In this document: positions 36,646 through 46,962 of the stretch, piece by piece
Layout of the letters: each line of letters begins with the position of its first letter
Position numbering within the stretch: the first letter of the stretch is position 1
Assembly (NCBI GenBank): GCA_951812955.1
Contig: OX638340.1
Coordinates: 2,112,001 to 2,176,000 of the forward strand
DNA length: 64,000 nt
Origin: an uncultured Gemmatimonadota bacterium
GTDB taxonomy: Bacteria > JAAXHH01
Direction of reading: 5' to 3'
Translations under genes and position numbers: made by a program
Notes under the pieces: model-generated
Told to the model about the DNA's origin: nothing
What the model saw: only the letters and a program-made list of their open reading frames with translations
Databases searched by the model: none

Positions 36646-38445
36646 CTAGCCGATAACCCTTATCGGAATCAGGGGTTTCGAGGGGTCGACTCCGAAGTCC
36701 AGCCTTACTTCCTGGTCTCCACGGGAGAAGGACATCCTGCCCGTGCCCATAGGAGCGTCCACCCCCGGCGCCTCATACAGCGGGTATGCGTCGTAGTCGA
36801 TGGCCGTACCGTCCACCCCGTGCACCCCATCGTAGTACATCTCCAGCTGATTTCCAGCCATCGTTTCAACGGCGACACGGTCGCTTCCCGGCCATCCGGA
36901 CAGGTCCGGCCTTGAGTCGGCACGACGGGTGCAGAACGCCTCGAACGAGTCCTCGTCGACAGCTTCCCGGGCTTCCAGAATCAATCCACCGTGGACGTCC
37001 GGAATCCGCAGTAGCCAGCCGTCGATCTGGTCGGGATTCGCCGCCAGGTGGCGCATGGACCCTTCCTCCCGGATCTCAGTCCACTCGTAGGGGCCGACAG
37101 GATAGAGGGCGACATACGCGCCGTTTCCTGTATCACCCATAATCCATCCGTCCCGCTCCACCCAGGCGATCGTTCGGGGCAGGAACATGTTGATGAACGG
37201 CGCCTCGTCGTCCGCCGGGATCTTGTACAGCACGATCACGGTGCCCTCGTGCTGCATCATTCGCTCGTAGGGCGACGCGCCGAACAACCGGTCGGGCCAC
37301 TGCAGGTAGGGCTTGTCAGACCCGATCTGGCGCCGGATCTGCTGCGGATAGCCCACGAGAAACGCGCTGAAGCGTTCCGGGCTGCGATAGGGGTGGTTGC
37401 AGCAGATCTTGGCCTGCTGGTTCTCTCCCCGCCACGTCAGATCCCATGAAATGAGGTCGATGGGACCGGACCCCGGACCCGGCAGGCCCAATTGCGAGGA
37501 TCCCAGCGCGTAGGAAGGGCTCATGTAGGTGTATTTCCGAACCGGCTGTGCTTCGTGTTCCACGCGGCGGTATATCGTCCTCGGCGCCTTGGTCTTCTTC
37601 ACGACGTGCGGCCTGGATCGGTCTACGGCCATTTCCGCGAACAGAGCCGGGGGTCGATAGGCGGCCGTCGCCGGCGGGATGCAGAAACCGTGGACGTGAT
37701 GCTTTGGTTCGAATTCCTCGTCACCGAAGTAAAGATACTGCAGCGCGGAGATCGCACCCGATTTACGCCACGTGTTTTCCCGGTATCCTTCGCGGCAGTG
37801 TCCGCCCGCCCAGGCGCCATAGTAGTACTCAAGCGCCATGTCCGCCACGTAAAGGGAAAGCACCTGTTCGACCTGGTGGCGCAGGTGAGGATCGGCCGCG
37901 TGATCGGCGAGCGTGACCATCGGGACCATGTGCTCCACGTGGTACTGGGGAGAATCGTATTCGTGATGGCCGTTGACGGCCGTGCGATCGATCATGCCCA
38001 GGATCCAGCGCGTGGCCTCGGCCCGGTTGGCTTCCGCGGAAAGGCCGTTCCACATGCATTGCTCATCCGGCCACCGTTCCGCCGCCAGCAGGTTGCCGAC
38101 GTAGAACATGAGCCAGTGGTTCTCCGTGTTGCCGCGCTCGAGCACGCCGTCCATCATGAAATCCCGGATGATTTCCAGGGCTTCTTCCGGGAGCCGGTCG
38201 GGCCACCGGGCGATGAGCGCGCCGCAGGGATATACGTGGAACGGTCCACCGGCCGGGCGGCCGCCCCATCCGTCGGTCTGATCCGACAGGGACTGCCGGA
38301 CGATTTCTACGACTTCGGCGTCATCCATGCCGGTCGCCAGGTGGGCATTCACGTCCCAGAGTCCTCCACCGCTCTTCCCGGCCTGGTGCCGAACCACCTG
38401 GTCTGCCCGTGCGCTGACCTGCTGATTATACGTTTCCTGGTCCAT
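36646..38445 (-). CDS. Hypothetical 599-aa protein, possibly a polysaccharide-active enzyme; no family recognised.
   Basis: Long ORF with coding-like composition, separated by 2 bp from the upstream BNR-propeller gene. No signal peptide seen. Confidence 0.5.
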   Translation of the reverse strand: MDQETYNQQVSARADQVVRHQAGKSGGGLWDVNAHLATGMDDAEVVEIVRQSLSDQTDGWGGRPAGGPFHVYPCGALIARWPDRLPEEALEIIRDFMMDGVLERGNTENHWLMFYVGNLLAAERWPDEQCMWNGLSAEANRAEATRWILGMIDRTAVNGHHEYDSPQYHVEHMVPMVTLADHAADPHLRHQVEQVLSLYVADMALEYYYGAWAGGHCREGYRENTWRKSGAISALQYLYFGDEEFEPKHHVHGFCIPPATAAYRPPALFAEMAVDRSRPHVVKKTKAPRTIYRRVEHEAQPVRKYTYMSPSYALGSSQLGLPGPGSGPIDLISWDLTWRGENQQAKICCNHPYRSPERFSAFLVGYPQQIRRQIGSDKPYLQWPDRLFGASPYERMMQHEGTVIVLYKIPADDEAPFINMFLPRTIAWVERDGWIMGDTGNGAYVALYPVGPYEWTEIREEGSMRHLAANPDQIDGWLLRIPDVHGGLILEAREAVDEDSFEAFCTRRADSRPDLSGWPGSDRVAVETMAGNQLEMYYDGVHGVDGTAIDYDAYPLYEAPGVDAPMGTGRMSFSRGDQEVRLDFGVDPSKPLIPIRVIG

Positions 38446-38447
38446 GT

Positions 38448-39368
38448 TCAGTCCGTTTCCGGTGGGAGAATGGCGCGAACGTTAACGAATCCCGGGACAT
38501 GCTGCCACGCGTTGCCCCCGTCTTCCGTGTACCAAAGCCCACCCGGCGTGGCGCCGGCCAGCCAGGTCGATGTTGAAACCGGGTGGCTTCGCACGGCCGC
38601 ACACAGGTGCCGGGGTCCGGTGCGAACCCAGTGGCCCGAGCCATCCCCAACGGCCACTCCGTGTTCCGTGCCGGCAATTATATCGTCGCCGGCCAGCGTC
38701 AATTCGAAAACCGCGCCTCCGTCCGGCGTATGTCCCACCGAGTCCCAGCGCGCCCCGTCTTCGCTGCGCCAGATGCCCCGGTCGTCGGTGCCCGCCCAGA
38801 ACTGTCCGTGCATGAATGCCAGTGCGCGAATGGCGGTGCCCGACAGACTGGTCCGCCGCCATGTCGCGCCCGAATCGTCTGCAATCAGGACGCCGCCTTC
38901 GGTACCGACTAACCAGGAGGATGCATTCCCGGGGTGCACCAGGATGGCGTTGGTAAACCGCTCATTGACGCGGAGGCCGTCCGAGTGGTGGGTCCAGCGG
39001 ACAGCGCCGGTGTCGTCGTGGCGACCGGTGGCGATCCCGTAGGGGGATCCGGCAACCACTCCGGGAGTACCCGCGATCGGCGCGATGGCCATGACTTCCG
39101 TGACCGTTTCGTCGTGCAACTGCTTCCAGCGGTCCGCCTGGTCGGTCTGGTCAGATTGGCCTGCCTGGTCAGCTTGGTCAGCTTGGTCGGTTCCGATCGA
39201 CCACTCCCAGAGCCCACTGCCCCAGCTCGCGCCCGCCACCAGACGGTCCGGTTCGCGGATCAGGCTCGAAATGCCGTATTCCTGGGCGCCGATGCGCGTC
39301 CAGGATCCACCGATCGTGCCGTGGTATACGCCTTTGGAACCGATGAGCCAGTGATCGCGGGGGATCAT
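38448..39368 (-). CDS. BNR/Asp-box repeat beta-propeller protein (sialidase-like / Ycf48-like fold).
   Basis: Repeated S/T-x-D-x-G-x-T/W-W motifs (WRSEDGARW, WYTEDGGNAW, DDSGATW). Contains a DQADQADQAGQSDQTDQAD low-complexity insert encoded by a short ggtcag-type DNA microsatellite at ~39150-39195. Confidence 0.6.
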   Translation of the reverse strand: MIPRDHWLIGSKGVYHGTIGGSWTRIGAQEYGISSLIREPDRLVAGASWGSGLWEWSIGTDQADQADQAGQSDQTDQADRWKQLHDETVTEVMAIAPIAGTPGVVAGSPYGIATGRHDDTGAVRWTHHSDGLRVNERFTNAILVHPGNASSWLVGTEGGVLIADDSGATWRRTSLSGTAIRALAFMHGQFWAGTDDRGIWRSEDGARWDSVGHTPDGGAVFELTLAGDDIIAGTEHGVAVGDGSGHWVRTGPRHLCAAVRSHPVSTSTWLAGATPGGLWYTEDGGNAWQHVPGFVNVRAILPPETD

Positions 39369-39649
39369 GCGCAGTTTACACTCCGAATGTAACTACCTGA
39401 ATTGATTGTTTTTAGCGATTACTACGGTAAATTACTCGGTACAGCTTCCTGACGTGGGCTATCCTACTCGAACAGGACGATTTCGACTTCAACTCGCCGA
39501 AACACCGCCCCAAAGTAACCACTAGGGATATGGTAAACAAGCATCTTTCATGATTCCCTTCAAGTTTACGATTTCGCTAAAGTGAACCTGGTCTCGGATT
39601 TCAGCAACACTCGAAAAAGCCCGCCATTTCAGCACCGAGGCACGACGAT

Positions 39650-40711
39650 ATGACGAAAACCGAAGAACGGATCGACTGGCTGCTGCGGTTGCCGGACCTG
39701 CCCCGAACGCCCCTGGTCCAATTGCCTACGCCGATCCACAAGCTCGCCAGTTTCGGCGCCCACCTCGGAGGGCCGGATCTCTGGATCAAGCGTGATGACC
39801 TGACCGGGTTGGCGGGTGGCGGCAACAAGTCGCGCAAGCTGGAGTTCCTGGTGGGTGACGCCCTGCGGTCCGGTGCAGACACGCTGGTCACGGTCGGAGC
39901 GATCCAGTCGAACCACACCCGTCAAACCGCGGCGGCAGCGGCCAGAAGCGGACTGAAATGCGCGCTGCTGCATTGTGCCTGGACCCGGGACGCCGGTCCT
40001 GGATACAGGAAGACCGGGAATATCCTGCTTAGTAATATCCTGGGCGCTGAACTTTACCTCGACGAACGCGAACGTTCCATCGAGGACAAAGGCCACATTG
40101 AGGAATTGGCCGAACATCTGCGCCGTCAGGGACGCAAGCCTTACCTGATACCGGGCGGGGCGTCGGATCACCCCCTGGGGAGCATGGGCTATCTGGCCTG
40201 CGCCGCGGAGATTGTGACGCAGACGCGCGATCTTGGGGTCCATTTCGACTACGTGATACACTGTACGGGCAGCAGTAGTACACAGGCCGGACTGGTCGCC
40301 GGTTTCACCGCGCTGGGAACCGGTACGCGAGTGATCGGCGTATCGGACGACGACGAGGTGGAAATCAAGAAGGCGCGCGTGCTCCGATTGGCAAATGCCG
40401 CACTGGAGAATCTGGCCCTTCCGCAGCGCGTCGCCCCCGACGACATTGAGATCATCACGGCCATGAAAGATTCCTACGGCGTCGCATCCGAAGAGGTCTA
40501 TGAAGGGATCCGCCTCCTGGCGCGCACAGAGGGCATTATGGCCGATCCTGTCTACGAGGGAAAGGCGGTCCGGGGCCTGCTCGACCTTGCGGACCAGGGA
40601 CGGTTCGAACCGGAAAGCCGCGTATTGCTGATGCACCTGGGAGGCGCCCCGGCAGTCCATGCCTACGCGAGCCAGTTCCCTCCGGTGGAGTTCAAACGGT
40701 TCGAACCCTGA
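39650..40711 (+). CDS. PLP-dependent 1-aminocyclopropane-1-carboxylate deaminase / D-cysteine desulfhydrase family protein.
   Basis: GGNKSRKLEF PLP-lysine motif, Trp-synthase-beta-like fold II layout and a length of 353 aa. Confidence 0.85.
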   Translation: MTKTEERIDWLLRLPDLPRTPLVQLPTPIHKLASFGAHLGGPDLWIKRDDLTGLAGGGNKSRKLEFLVGDALRSGADTLVTVGAIQSNHTRQTAAAAARSGLKCALLHCAWTRDAGPGYRKTGNILLSNILGAELYLDERERSIEDKGHIEELAEHLRRQGRKPYLIPGGASDHPLGSMGYLACAAEIVTQTRDLGVHFDYVIHCTGSSSTQAGLVAGFTALGTGTRVIGVSDDDEVEIKKARVLRLANAALENLALPQRVAPDDIEIITAMKDSYGVASEEVYEGIRLLARTEGIMADPVYEGKAVRGLLDLADQGRFEPESRVLLMHLGGAPAVHAYASQFPPVEFKRFEP

Positions 40712-40835
40712 GGGGATTGGGCCTGATCATCCCTGATTAACCCTGAACAACCCTGATCAATCCTGATCGATCCTGCTAAACTCTGATCGCCCCCATCCTT
40801 GACCCTCATCACCGGCCCCCCTATACTCTCCTACC

Positions 40836-42188
40836 ATGTACCGGTCTCTATTCTGGTTCCTCCTCCCGCTCGTCATAACCGAACTGATATATGAGTTGGG
40901 CATTCAGGTTATCAACGGCGGCATCGCCCGCGTGCCCAGGCCCACAGAAACCCTCGCCGCGTACGGAATTGCCTGGGGACTGACGTCATTCCTGACCGGC
41001 ACCGTCTCCCAGACACGGCAGATGTCCATGGTCCTCGTAAGGGACCGGGCGACATTCCACACGGTCTTCCGGTGCGTCGCCGGGTTCGGCGGCACGCACT
41101 TTCTCATCCTTGTGAGTCTGGCGTTCACACCGGTGGGACTATGGGTGATCGACGAACTTCACGCCGTGGACCCGATCCTCGGCGGCACGGTACGAAGGGC
41201 GCTAGGATTCCTGCTGCCCATTCCGCTGATCGTGGGGATCACGAGGTTTCTTTCGGGGCTGTTGCTGAGGGCAAGACGGACCGACATCGTCAGTTACGCC
41301 ATGATGGCAGGAATCAGTATGAGCGTGCTGTCTGTTTTCTTGTTCCTGCCTACACCGGCCGTTCAGACCGATCCCATTCTCCTGCCGGTTGTCGCGACCT
41401 ATTGTGGTGTCCTGACGGAACTGGCCGTGATTATCTACGGTTACAGGCGATTCGTGCGGAGATCACTACACAGGGGCGGGGCCGCAGAAGGGGAGCAAGC
41501 GGCGGGACAGGATGCCGGCGGCGAGACGGTCACCCGGAGACCGCTCCCCCTGACCGCAGCCTATGTGCTGCGATTCTATTGGCCACTGGCGATAACGATC
41601 GGCATACAGGCCCTGAGCCGACCGATAATCAACCTCTTCGTGGCCCGGGGCACGGACGGGACGGAGTCGCTGGCGGTACTCACCATCGTGTACGCCCTCG
41701 CGCATCTTCCCTACGGGTGGCTGAACGAACTCAAGAATCTGCCCCCGGCCTTTCAGCGTCAGGACCCCGATGGGCGGATCATTCGCCGGTTCACGGCCGT
41801 GTGCGGGATGATTTCCTTCGCATCAATGGCCCTGATGTTCTGGACCCCGGTGCGGTTTTTTCTCCTGGAAACCTTAATCGGCGTGGATCATGACTTTGCC
41901 GTGCGCTGCACCGTGCCGCTTATCATCTTCTCGTTCTTTCCCCTGGCCGTCACGGTCCGGTCCTACCTGCACGGGATCGCTCTGCGGGACCACCGGACGA
42001 GTGCCATCGCACCCAGCGGACCCGCCCGGGCGGGCGCCATCGTCATCGTCGTGAACGTACTCGCCCTATTCGACCTGCACGGGGCGATCCGCGGCGTGGC
42101 CGCTCTTTACAGTGGGTTTGTAACAGAAACCATCGTGGTGCGCTGGCGGATGGGGAGGAGCCGGGTCAAGCCCGGTAGTCAAAGATAA
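40836..42188 (+). CDS. Polytopic integral membrane protein (about 12 TM; MATE/MOP-superfamily-like layout); function unknown.
   Basis: 450 aa, with hydrophobic segments throughout and a charged central loop. Confidence 0.5.
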   Translation: MYRSLFWFLLPLVITELIYELGIQVINGGIARVPRPTETLAAYGIAWGLTSFLTGTVSQTRQMSMVLVRDRATFHTVFRCVAGFGGTHFLILVSLAFTPVGLWVIDELHAVDPILGGTVRRALGFLLPIPLIVGITRFLSGLLLRARRTDIVSYAMMAGISMSVLSVFLFLPTPAVQTDPILLPVVATYCGVLTELAVIIYGYRRFVRRSLHRGGAAEGEQAAGQDAGGETVTRRPLPLTAAYVLRFYWPLAITIGIQALSRPIINLFVARGTDGTESLAVLTIVYALAHLPYGWLNELKNLPPAFQRQDPDGRIIRRFTAVCGMISFASMALMFWTPVRFFLLETLIGVDHDFAVRCTVPLIIFSFFPLAVTVRSYLHGIALRDHRTSAIAPSGPARAGAIVIVVNVLALFDLHGAIRGVAALYSGFVTETIVVRWRMGRSRVKPGSQR

Positions 42189-42321
42189 CGCTCTGGGTGA
42201 CCGCGGCACTTCCAGCCGCCCGTGACTCTCCCGGATGCCCGCGACACCTCTGGCCACCCGCGACGCATCCAGTCGTCAGAGTTAAAGCACCGGCTTCCCG
42301 CAACTCCTTCGATAGTCCAGC

Positions 42322-43584
42322 CTAACTCGCGGCCTCTCTCCACCCCTTCGTGATGTCCAGGAAGGCGTCGATATCCTGCTCGTTGTTGAACATGGCGGGA
42401 CCGACGCGGATCTGGGCGTCGTTTTCCCGGAAGGACAACCGGACCCCCGCGCCTTCGAGTTGTTTCTCGATGATCTCTCGGTCGTTGCCGTGGTTGAAGG
42501 ACACGATGGCCGACTGGTTACCGGGCGGTGTAAATACCTCGAACCCCTGCTCAGTCAGTCCACTATGGAGACGGTGCGCCAGCGTGACGGTGTGCTGCTC
42601 GATCCGGTCGGTGCCCACGTTCAAGATGTAATCGAGCGAACCTGAAAGCTGGTAGATCGCCGCGAAGGCGGGGGTCGCATACCCGAACTTACGGGCGTCG
42701 TTGTAGATCGTGTATTGATTGTCCGGCAGTCTTTCGTCCACCATTCTCCACCCCAGCCGGTCGGGTTTCACCACGTCCATCAAGGATTCCCGCACGTAGA
42801 AGGGTGCCACGCCGAAGCCGCCGAGCAGCCATTTGTACGAGCCCGTGGTGAGGAAATCGACCCCGGTCGGTCCGATGTCGAGATCGATCATGCCCACGCC
42901 CTGTACGGCGTCCGCGTACAGGTAGGCGCCATGGGCATGGGCCAGGTCCGCCAGCGCCTTCAAATCCTGGCGGTAGCCGTTCCGGTTAGAAATCCACGCC
43001 ACGGAGATCAGCTTCGTCTTGTCATCCACCATCTCTGCGAAGGCTTCCGGTGACGTCACTCCGTTCACGTTCCGGACGATGCGCGTCTCGATGCCCAGGG
43101 TCTCAGCCAGTTGGCTATACATTACCAGCGACGTCATGTAGTGAAGATCGTCGATCACCACGTTGTCCCCGGCCTTCAGGTCCAGGGAATTGACCACGAT
43201 GTTCTCGCCCTCGCTCGTGGACGACACCAGGCCGATCTCCCCGATCTGGGCGCGGATCAGGCGGGAGAACTTCTCTCGCACGGCTTCTTCCTCCTCAAGC
43301 ATCGCGCCAAGCAATATGGGATCCTGTGACTTGGCCGCAAGGAACTCGATGGTCTTGTCCACCGCGGGCTGGGGCGACGGACCGATGTAGGGGGTGTTCA
43401 GATACAGGGACTCGGTGGCGACCGGAAAATCCGCGCGCACGCCCAGTGGGTCGTCGCCTGTCGGGACCTGCGCCGTGGCGTCCGTGGTGGATTGGTTTGT
43501 TTCGCCGCTGCACGCAGAACCCGCGATACCAGCGAGAGCCGCCGCGGACGCAATGCCCATGAACTCCCGTCTCGATACGGACAT
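42322..43584 (-). CDS. Tat-exported class-V aminotransferase-fold PLP enzyme (cysteine desulfurase/SufS-like fold).
   Basis: Twin-arginine leader MSVSRREFMGIASAAALAGIAGSACSG and the PLP-lysine motif TTGSYKWLLGG. Mature size is ~390 aa. Confidence 0.75.
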   Translation of the reverse strand: MSVSRREFMGIASAAALAGIAGSACSGETNQSTTDATAQVPTGDDPLGVRADFPVATESLYLNTPYIGPSPQPAVDKTIEFLAAKSQDPILLGAMLEEEEAVREKFSRLIRAQIGEIGLVSSTSEGENIVVNSLDLKAGDNVVIDDLHYMTSLVMYSQLAETLGIETRIVRNVNGVTSPEAFAEMVDDKTKLISVAWISNRNGYRQDLKALADLAHAHGAYLYADAVQGVGMIDLDIGPTGVDFLTTGSYKWLLGGFGVAPFYVRESLMDVVKPDRLGWRMVDERLPDNQYTIYNDARKFGYATPAFAAIYQLSGSLDYILNVGTDRIEQHTVTLAHRLHSGLTEQGFEVFTPPGNQSAIVSFNHGNDREIIEKQLEGAGVRLSFRENDAQIRVGPAMFNNEQDIDAFLDITKGWREAAS

Positions 43585-43886
43585 GAGTTACTCCTTTTGA
43601 ATCCTGGCCAGGTTGATTCTAAGCTGGGTATGGTTAAATGGGTGTGCAAACACGGTATGGAAACCACAGGGAAGCGTCAAGGGAAGAACCGGACAGCCTG
43701 CCTCAAAACACTTGACGGTCCGACCCGGTGGGAATACTGTGGCAGATAGCCAGAACGCCTTTTGAAGTCATCCGCTACATGATCCATACCATTAAGAACA
43801 AGGTTCATCCAGCGATTGTTACCCGCGACTGCCGGTGGCTTGTCTTGTGATAAATGTTTATTAAAACCGACCAAGGAGACCGTACG

Positions 43887-44924
43887 ATGTCTTTACGCAA
43901 CACGCTTCCGCTGATCGCCCTGTTGATCGCGACCACACTGCAGGCACAGGAAATAGACCCGCCCTTCGGTGGTCCGGAGTTCATCTCGCCCGACGCCCGG
44001 CTTGAAATGGTATTCAATGAAGGCCTGGCGCTGACGGAGAGTCCGGCCGAGGGGCCCGACGGGAAGATCTACTTCAGCGACATCACCTTTACCTCAGCGG
44101 CGGGCCCTGATGGACTGGAGGCCGGCCATATCTGGCGCTACAATCCTGAAACCGGGAAAACCACGATCTTCCGGTCCCCCAGCGGGATGTCCAACGGCCT
44201 CAAGTTCGACGCCCAGGACCGGCTGATCGCTGCGGAAGGAGCCGACCAGGGCGGACGTCGGGTGACGCGGACGGACATGAAGACGGGCAAGGCCTACATC
44301 ATCGCCCACGAGTACGAAGGCCGGCCGTTCAACGCCCCGAATGACATCGCCATCGACGAGAAGGGCCGGGTCTACTTCAGCGATCCGAAGTACATCGGCG
44401 GCGAATCGGTGGAACAGCCCGTGATGGCCGTGTACCGCATCGATCCGGACGGCTCGGTCAACCGGATCATCACCGACGCGGGCAAGCCCAACGGCGTCGT
44501 GGTATCGCCGGACCAGAAGACCCTCTACGTGGTCAGCAACGACAATGGATCCATCGACCTGGGCAAGATCACACCGGACATACCTGTGCACAAAGGGCGC
44601 ATGGCACTGCTGGCCTACGACCTGCACGAGGACGGATCCGCCACTTTCCGAAGTGTCCTGGTGGATTACCTGCCTGAGGACGGCCCCGATGGACTGGTGG
44701 TCGATGTGGAGGGCAACCTGTACGTATCCGAGCGCGACATGACCCGGCCTGGCATCGCCATCCGTGCGCCGGACGGGACGGAAAAGGCCTTCATTCCTAC
44801 TGGCGTGCTGCCTACCAACGTGGGCTTCGGGCGGGGCGAGAACGACCGGATCCTGTACATCACCGCCGGGACCGGCCTATACCGGATCCCCGTGATGAAG
44901 GCCGGCTACCACCTGCCGCGGTAA
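43887..44924 (+). CDS. SMP-30/gluconolactonase/LRE-like six-bladed beta-propeller protein; secreted.
   Basis: Signal peptide MSLRNTLPLIALLIATTLQAQ. Repeated blades such as PEGPDG.IYFSD, PNDIAIDEKGRVYFSD, PNGVVVSPD and PDGLVVDVEGNLYVSE. The start is trimmed to ATG 43887, which is preceded by AAGGAGA. Confidence 0.75.
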   Translation: MSLRNTLPLIALLIATTLQAQEIDPPFGGPEFISPDARLEMVFNEGLALTESPAEGPDGKIYFSDITFTSAAGPDGLEAGHIWRYNPETGKTTIFRSPSGMSNGLKFDAQDRLIAAEGADQGGRRVTRTDMKTGKAYIIAHEYEGRPFNAPNDIAIDEKGRVYFSDPKYIGGESVEQPVMAVYRIDPDGSVNRIITDAGKPNGVVVSPDQKTLYVVSNDNGSIDLGKITPDIPVHKGRMALLAYDLHEDGSATFRSVLVDYLPEDGPDGLVVDVEGNLYVSERDMTRPGIAIRAPDGTEKAFIPTGVLPTNVGFGRGENDRILYITAGTGLYRIPVMKAGYHLPR

Positions 44925-45084
44925 TCGAATCGGCCGCGAATCCATCCTGGACATCGGGCGAGCCGGTCCAGTGACCACCCAGACTATCGACAGGCTGGTT
45001 CGACGTTCACCCGGCCTGTCTCTGGTCCGGCACCTATTTAAGTTTCCCTGTGTGTTAACGCCTATCCTCCACCACCCATAGCCC

Positions 45085-46791
45085 ATGTCCTTTCTAGATT
45101 GGACCATCGTCTTTCTCGTCAACGGCGGCATCGTCGTATACGGCCTGCTGGCCTTCCGCGAGAAAGGCGAAAGCTTCGACTGGTACCTGGCGGCCAAATC
45201 CATGCCGTGGTGGGCCATCGGCCTATCCGCCTTCGGAACGGCCGTGGACAGCGGCGACTACGTGGCGATCGCCGGCGGCGCCTATCAGTACGGCCTGTCC
45301 CAGCTCTCGCAGTGGTGGCTCGGGATCGCCATCGGCTGGTTCGTGCTCGCCTTCTTCGTCATCCTGCCCATGTACCGGTCGGGCGTCTTCACCAATGCCG
45401 AGTGGCTCGAGTTCCGCTTCGGTCCGTCCGTCCGCGTCATGGCGGTGCTCATCAACATCCAGTCCCGCACCAACGTCCTCGCCAACATCTTCTTCTCCAT
45501 GTACCTGGTCCTCAGCGTCCTCGCCGGGTTCTCATCGACCGGGAGTTGGTTCGTCGTGGTGGCCGTGGCAGCGTCCGCGACGCTCTATGTCGTCCGCGGC
45601 GGCCTGCAGGCCGGGGTGTTCACCGACGCGGTCCAGAGCGTGGCCATGATCATCGGATCCTTCGTGTTGTGGATCGTGGTCTGGGTCCGGGGAGGAGGCT
45701 GGTCGGGGCTCAACGAACGCCTGGCCGCCGTGGATCCCGCGCTGCCGGACACGCTCCTCCACGTGGGCGGATACGCGCCGCCGGGCGTTCCCGCAGTGGT
45801 GGTCATCCTGAGCTTCATCGTGGTGCTGACCATGTACGCGGTCATCAACCAGTACGAGGCGATCCGGTTCCTGGGCGCCCGGTCGGAGTGGGATTTCAAG
45901 ATGGCGGCTGTGGTAGCCAGCACCGCCACGGCCATATGCCTCTGGTTCAACGTCACCATGGGCCCCATGGCCCGGGCGGACTTTCCCGGACTGGAAACCA
46001 TCGACCAGGCCTATCCTTTGATGATCCAGGCCTACCTGCCCCACGGACTGATCGGTATCGTAGTCGCCGGGCTGATCGCCGGTGGGTACTCCACCTTCGA
46101 CTCCATCGGCATCGGGATCTCCAGTCTCTTCGTCCGCGACATCTATGCCCGGTTCATCGTGAAACGCGCCTCGGACGCCCACTACACGCGCGTGGGACGC
46201 ATCACGGCCCCCTTCATCATGGCCCTGGGATTCGCCTACGTGCCTTTCATCCAGGAGGGCATGCTGGCCTTCTACCTCCGGCTGGCCGGCGCCATCGCCG
46301 TACCGCTCATGACGGTCATCCTCATGGGCGTATTCACCCGCGTGCATCGGCAGACCGGCATCGTGGGCCTGCTCGTCGGCCTGATATACGGTGTATCGGC
46401 TATCCTGGGCGAGAGCCTCGACTGGGGACTGCCCGTGTGGTATACCAATACGTGGTGGACCTACCTGTGGAACATCGTGTTGCCGGCGGGCGGCATGCTC
46501 ATTGCGTCGGCGCTGATCACCCTGCGGCGCGGCCGGCTGTCGGACGATGAACTCGAAGGACTGGTTTACGCCCGGCGGAACGACATCCCTTCGGTGCGGG
46601 ACCGCATGGCTCACCGGCTGAAGACGCTCGAAGGGACGTGGCTGCAGAAGACGCTGGCAGAGAACCCCGTTCGCGGAGCCTATCCCTTCAAGGTGCCGCC
46701 GGGCGGCCTTCCGCTGTTTCGTCGACCTGGTGTGCTGGCCCTGGGCTATCTCGCCATTGCGTCGGGCTTGCTGTTCGGGGTACTGTGGTAA
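45085..46791 (+). CDS. Sodium:solute symporter (SSS family, SGLT-like).
   Basis: 13-14 TM segments and an N-terminal MSFLDWTIVFLVNGGIVVYGLLA...DWYLAAKSMPWWAIGLSAFGT typical of SSF transporters. Confidence 0.85.
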   Translation: MSFLDWTIVFLVNGGIVVYGLLAFREKGESFDWYLAAKSMPWWAIGLSAFGTAVDSGDYVAIAGGAYQYGLSQLSQWWLGIAIGWFVLAFFVILPMYRSGVFTNAEWLEFRFGPSVRVMAVLINIQSRTNVLANIFFSMYLVLSVLAGFSSTGSWFVVVAVAASATLYVVRGGLQAGVFTDAVQSVAMIIGSFVLWIVVWVRGGGWSGLNERLAAVDPALPDTLLHVGGYAPPGVPAVVVILSFIVVLTMYAVINQYEAIRFLGARSEWDFKMAAVVASTATAICLWFNVTMGPMARADFPGLETIDQAYPLMIQAYLPHGLIGIVVAGLIAGGYSTFDSIGIGISSLFVRDIYARFIVKRASDAHYTRVGRITAPFIMALGFAYVPFIQEGMLAFYLRLAGAIAVPLMTVILMGVFTRVHRQTGIVGLLVGLIYGVSAILGESLDWGLPVWYTNTWWTYLWNIVLPAGGMLIASALITLRRGRLSDDELEGLVYARRNDIPSVRDRMAHRLKTLEGTWLQKTLAENPVRGAYPFKVPPGGLPLFRRPGVLALGYLAIASGLLFGVLW

Positions 46792-46962
46792 AAGGACCGA
46801 GGTGAGATCCTTCAGGCCGGTTTCCTGTATCGAGTTACCCGGAATCATGCCAGGGACTTCCCTGAGCATGAAACATCCGATAACCTCAGCAGGTCTTAAC
46901 ATCAGCATACCGGTATTACCACATACTGTGGATAAATCCACCGCTTACTCATGGAGTGTATG

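Noticed and set aside
40712-40835. cctgat-type hexamer reiterations (ccctgattaaccctgaacaaccctgatcaatcctgatcgatcctgc) after the ACC-deaminase-family gene
   Set aside because: This is a short low-complexity run in a 124-bp spacer. It is not a protein repeat, CRISPR or recognisable binding-site array. It is probably slippage debris, and I note it only as part of the genome's general tandem-repeat tendency.
45099-46550. 483-aa plus-strand ORF offset by one frame from the SSS transporter
   Set aside because: The frame 45085..46791 gives a coherent 14-TM SSF transporter. The shifted frame gives an Arg/Pro/Gly-rich sequence.
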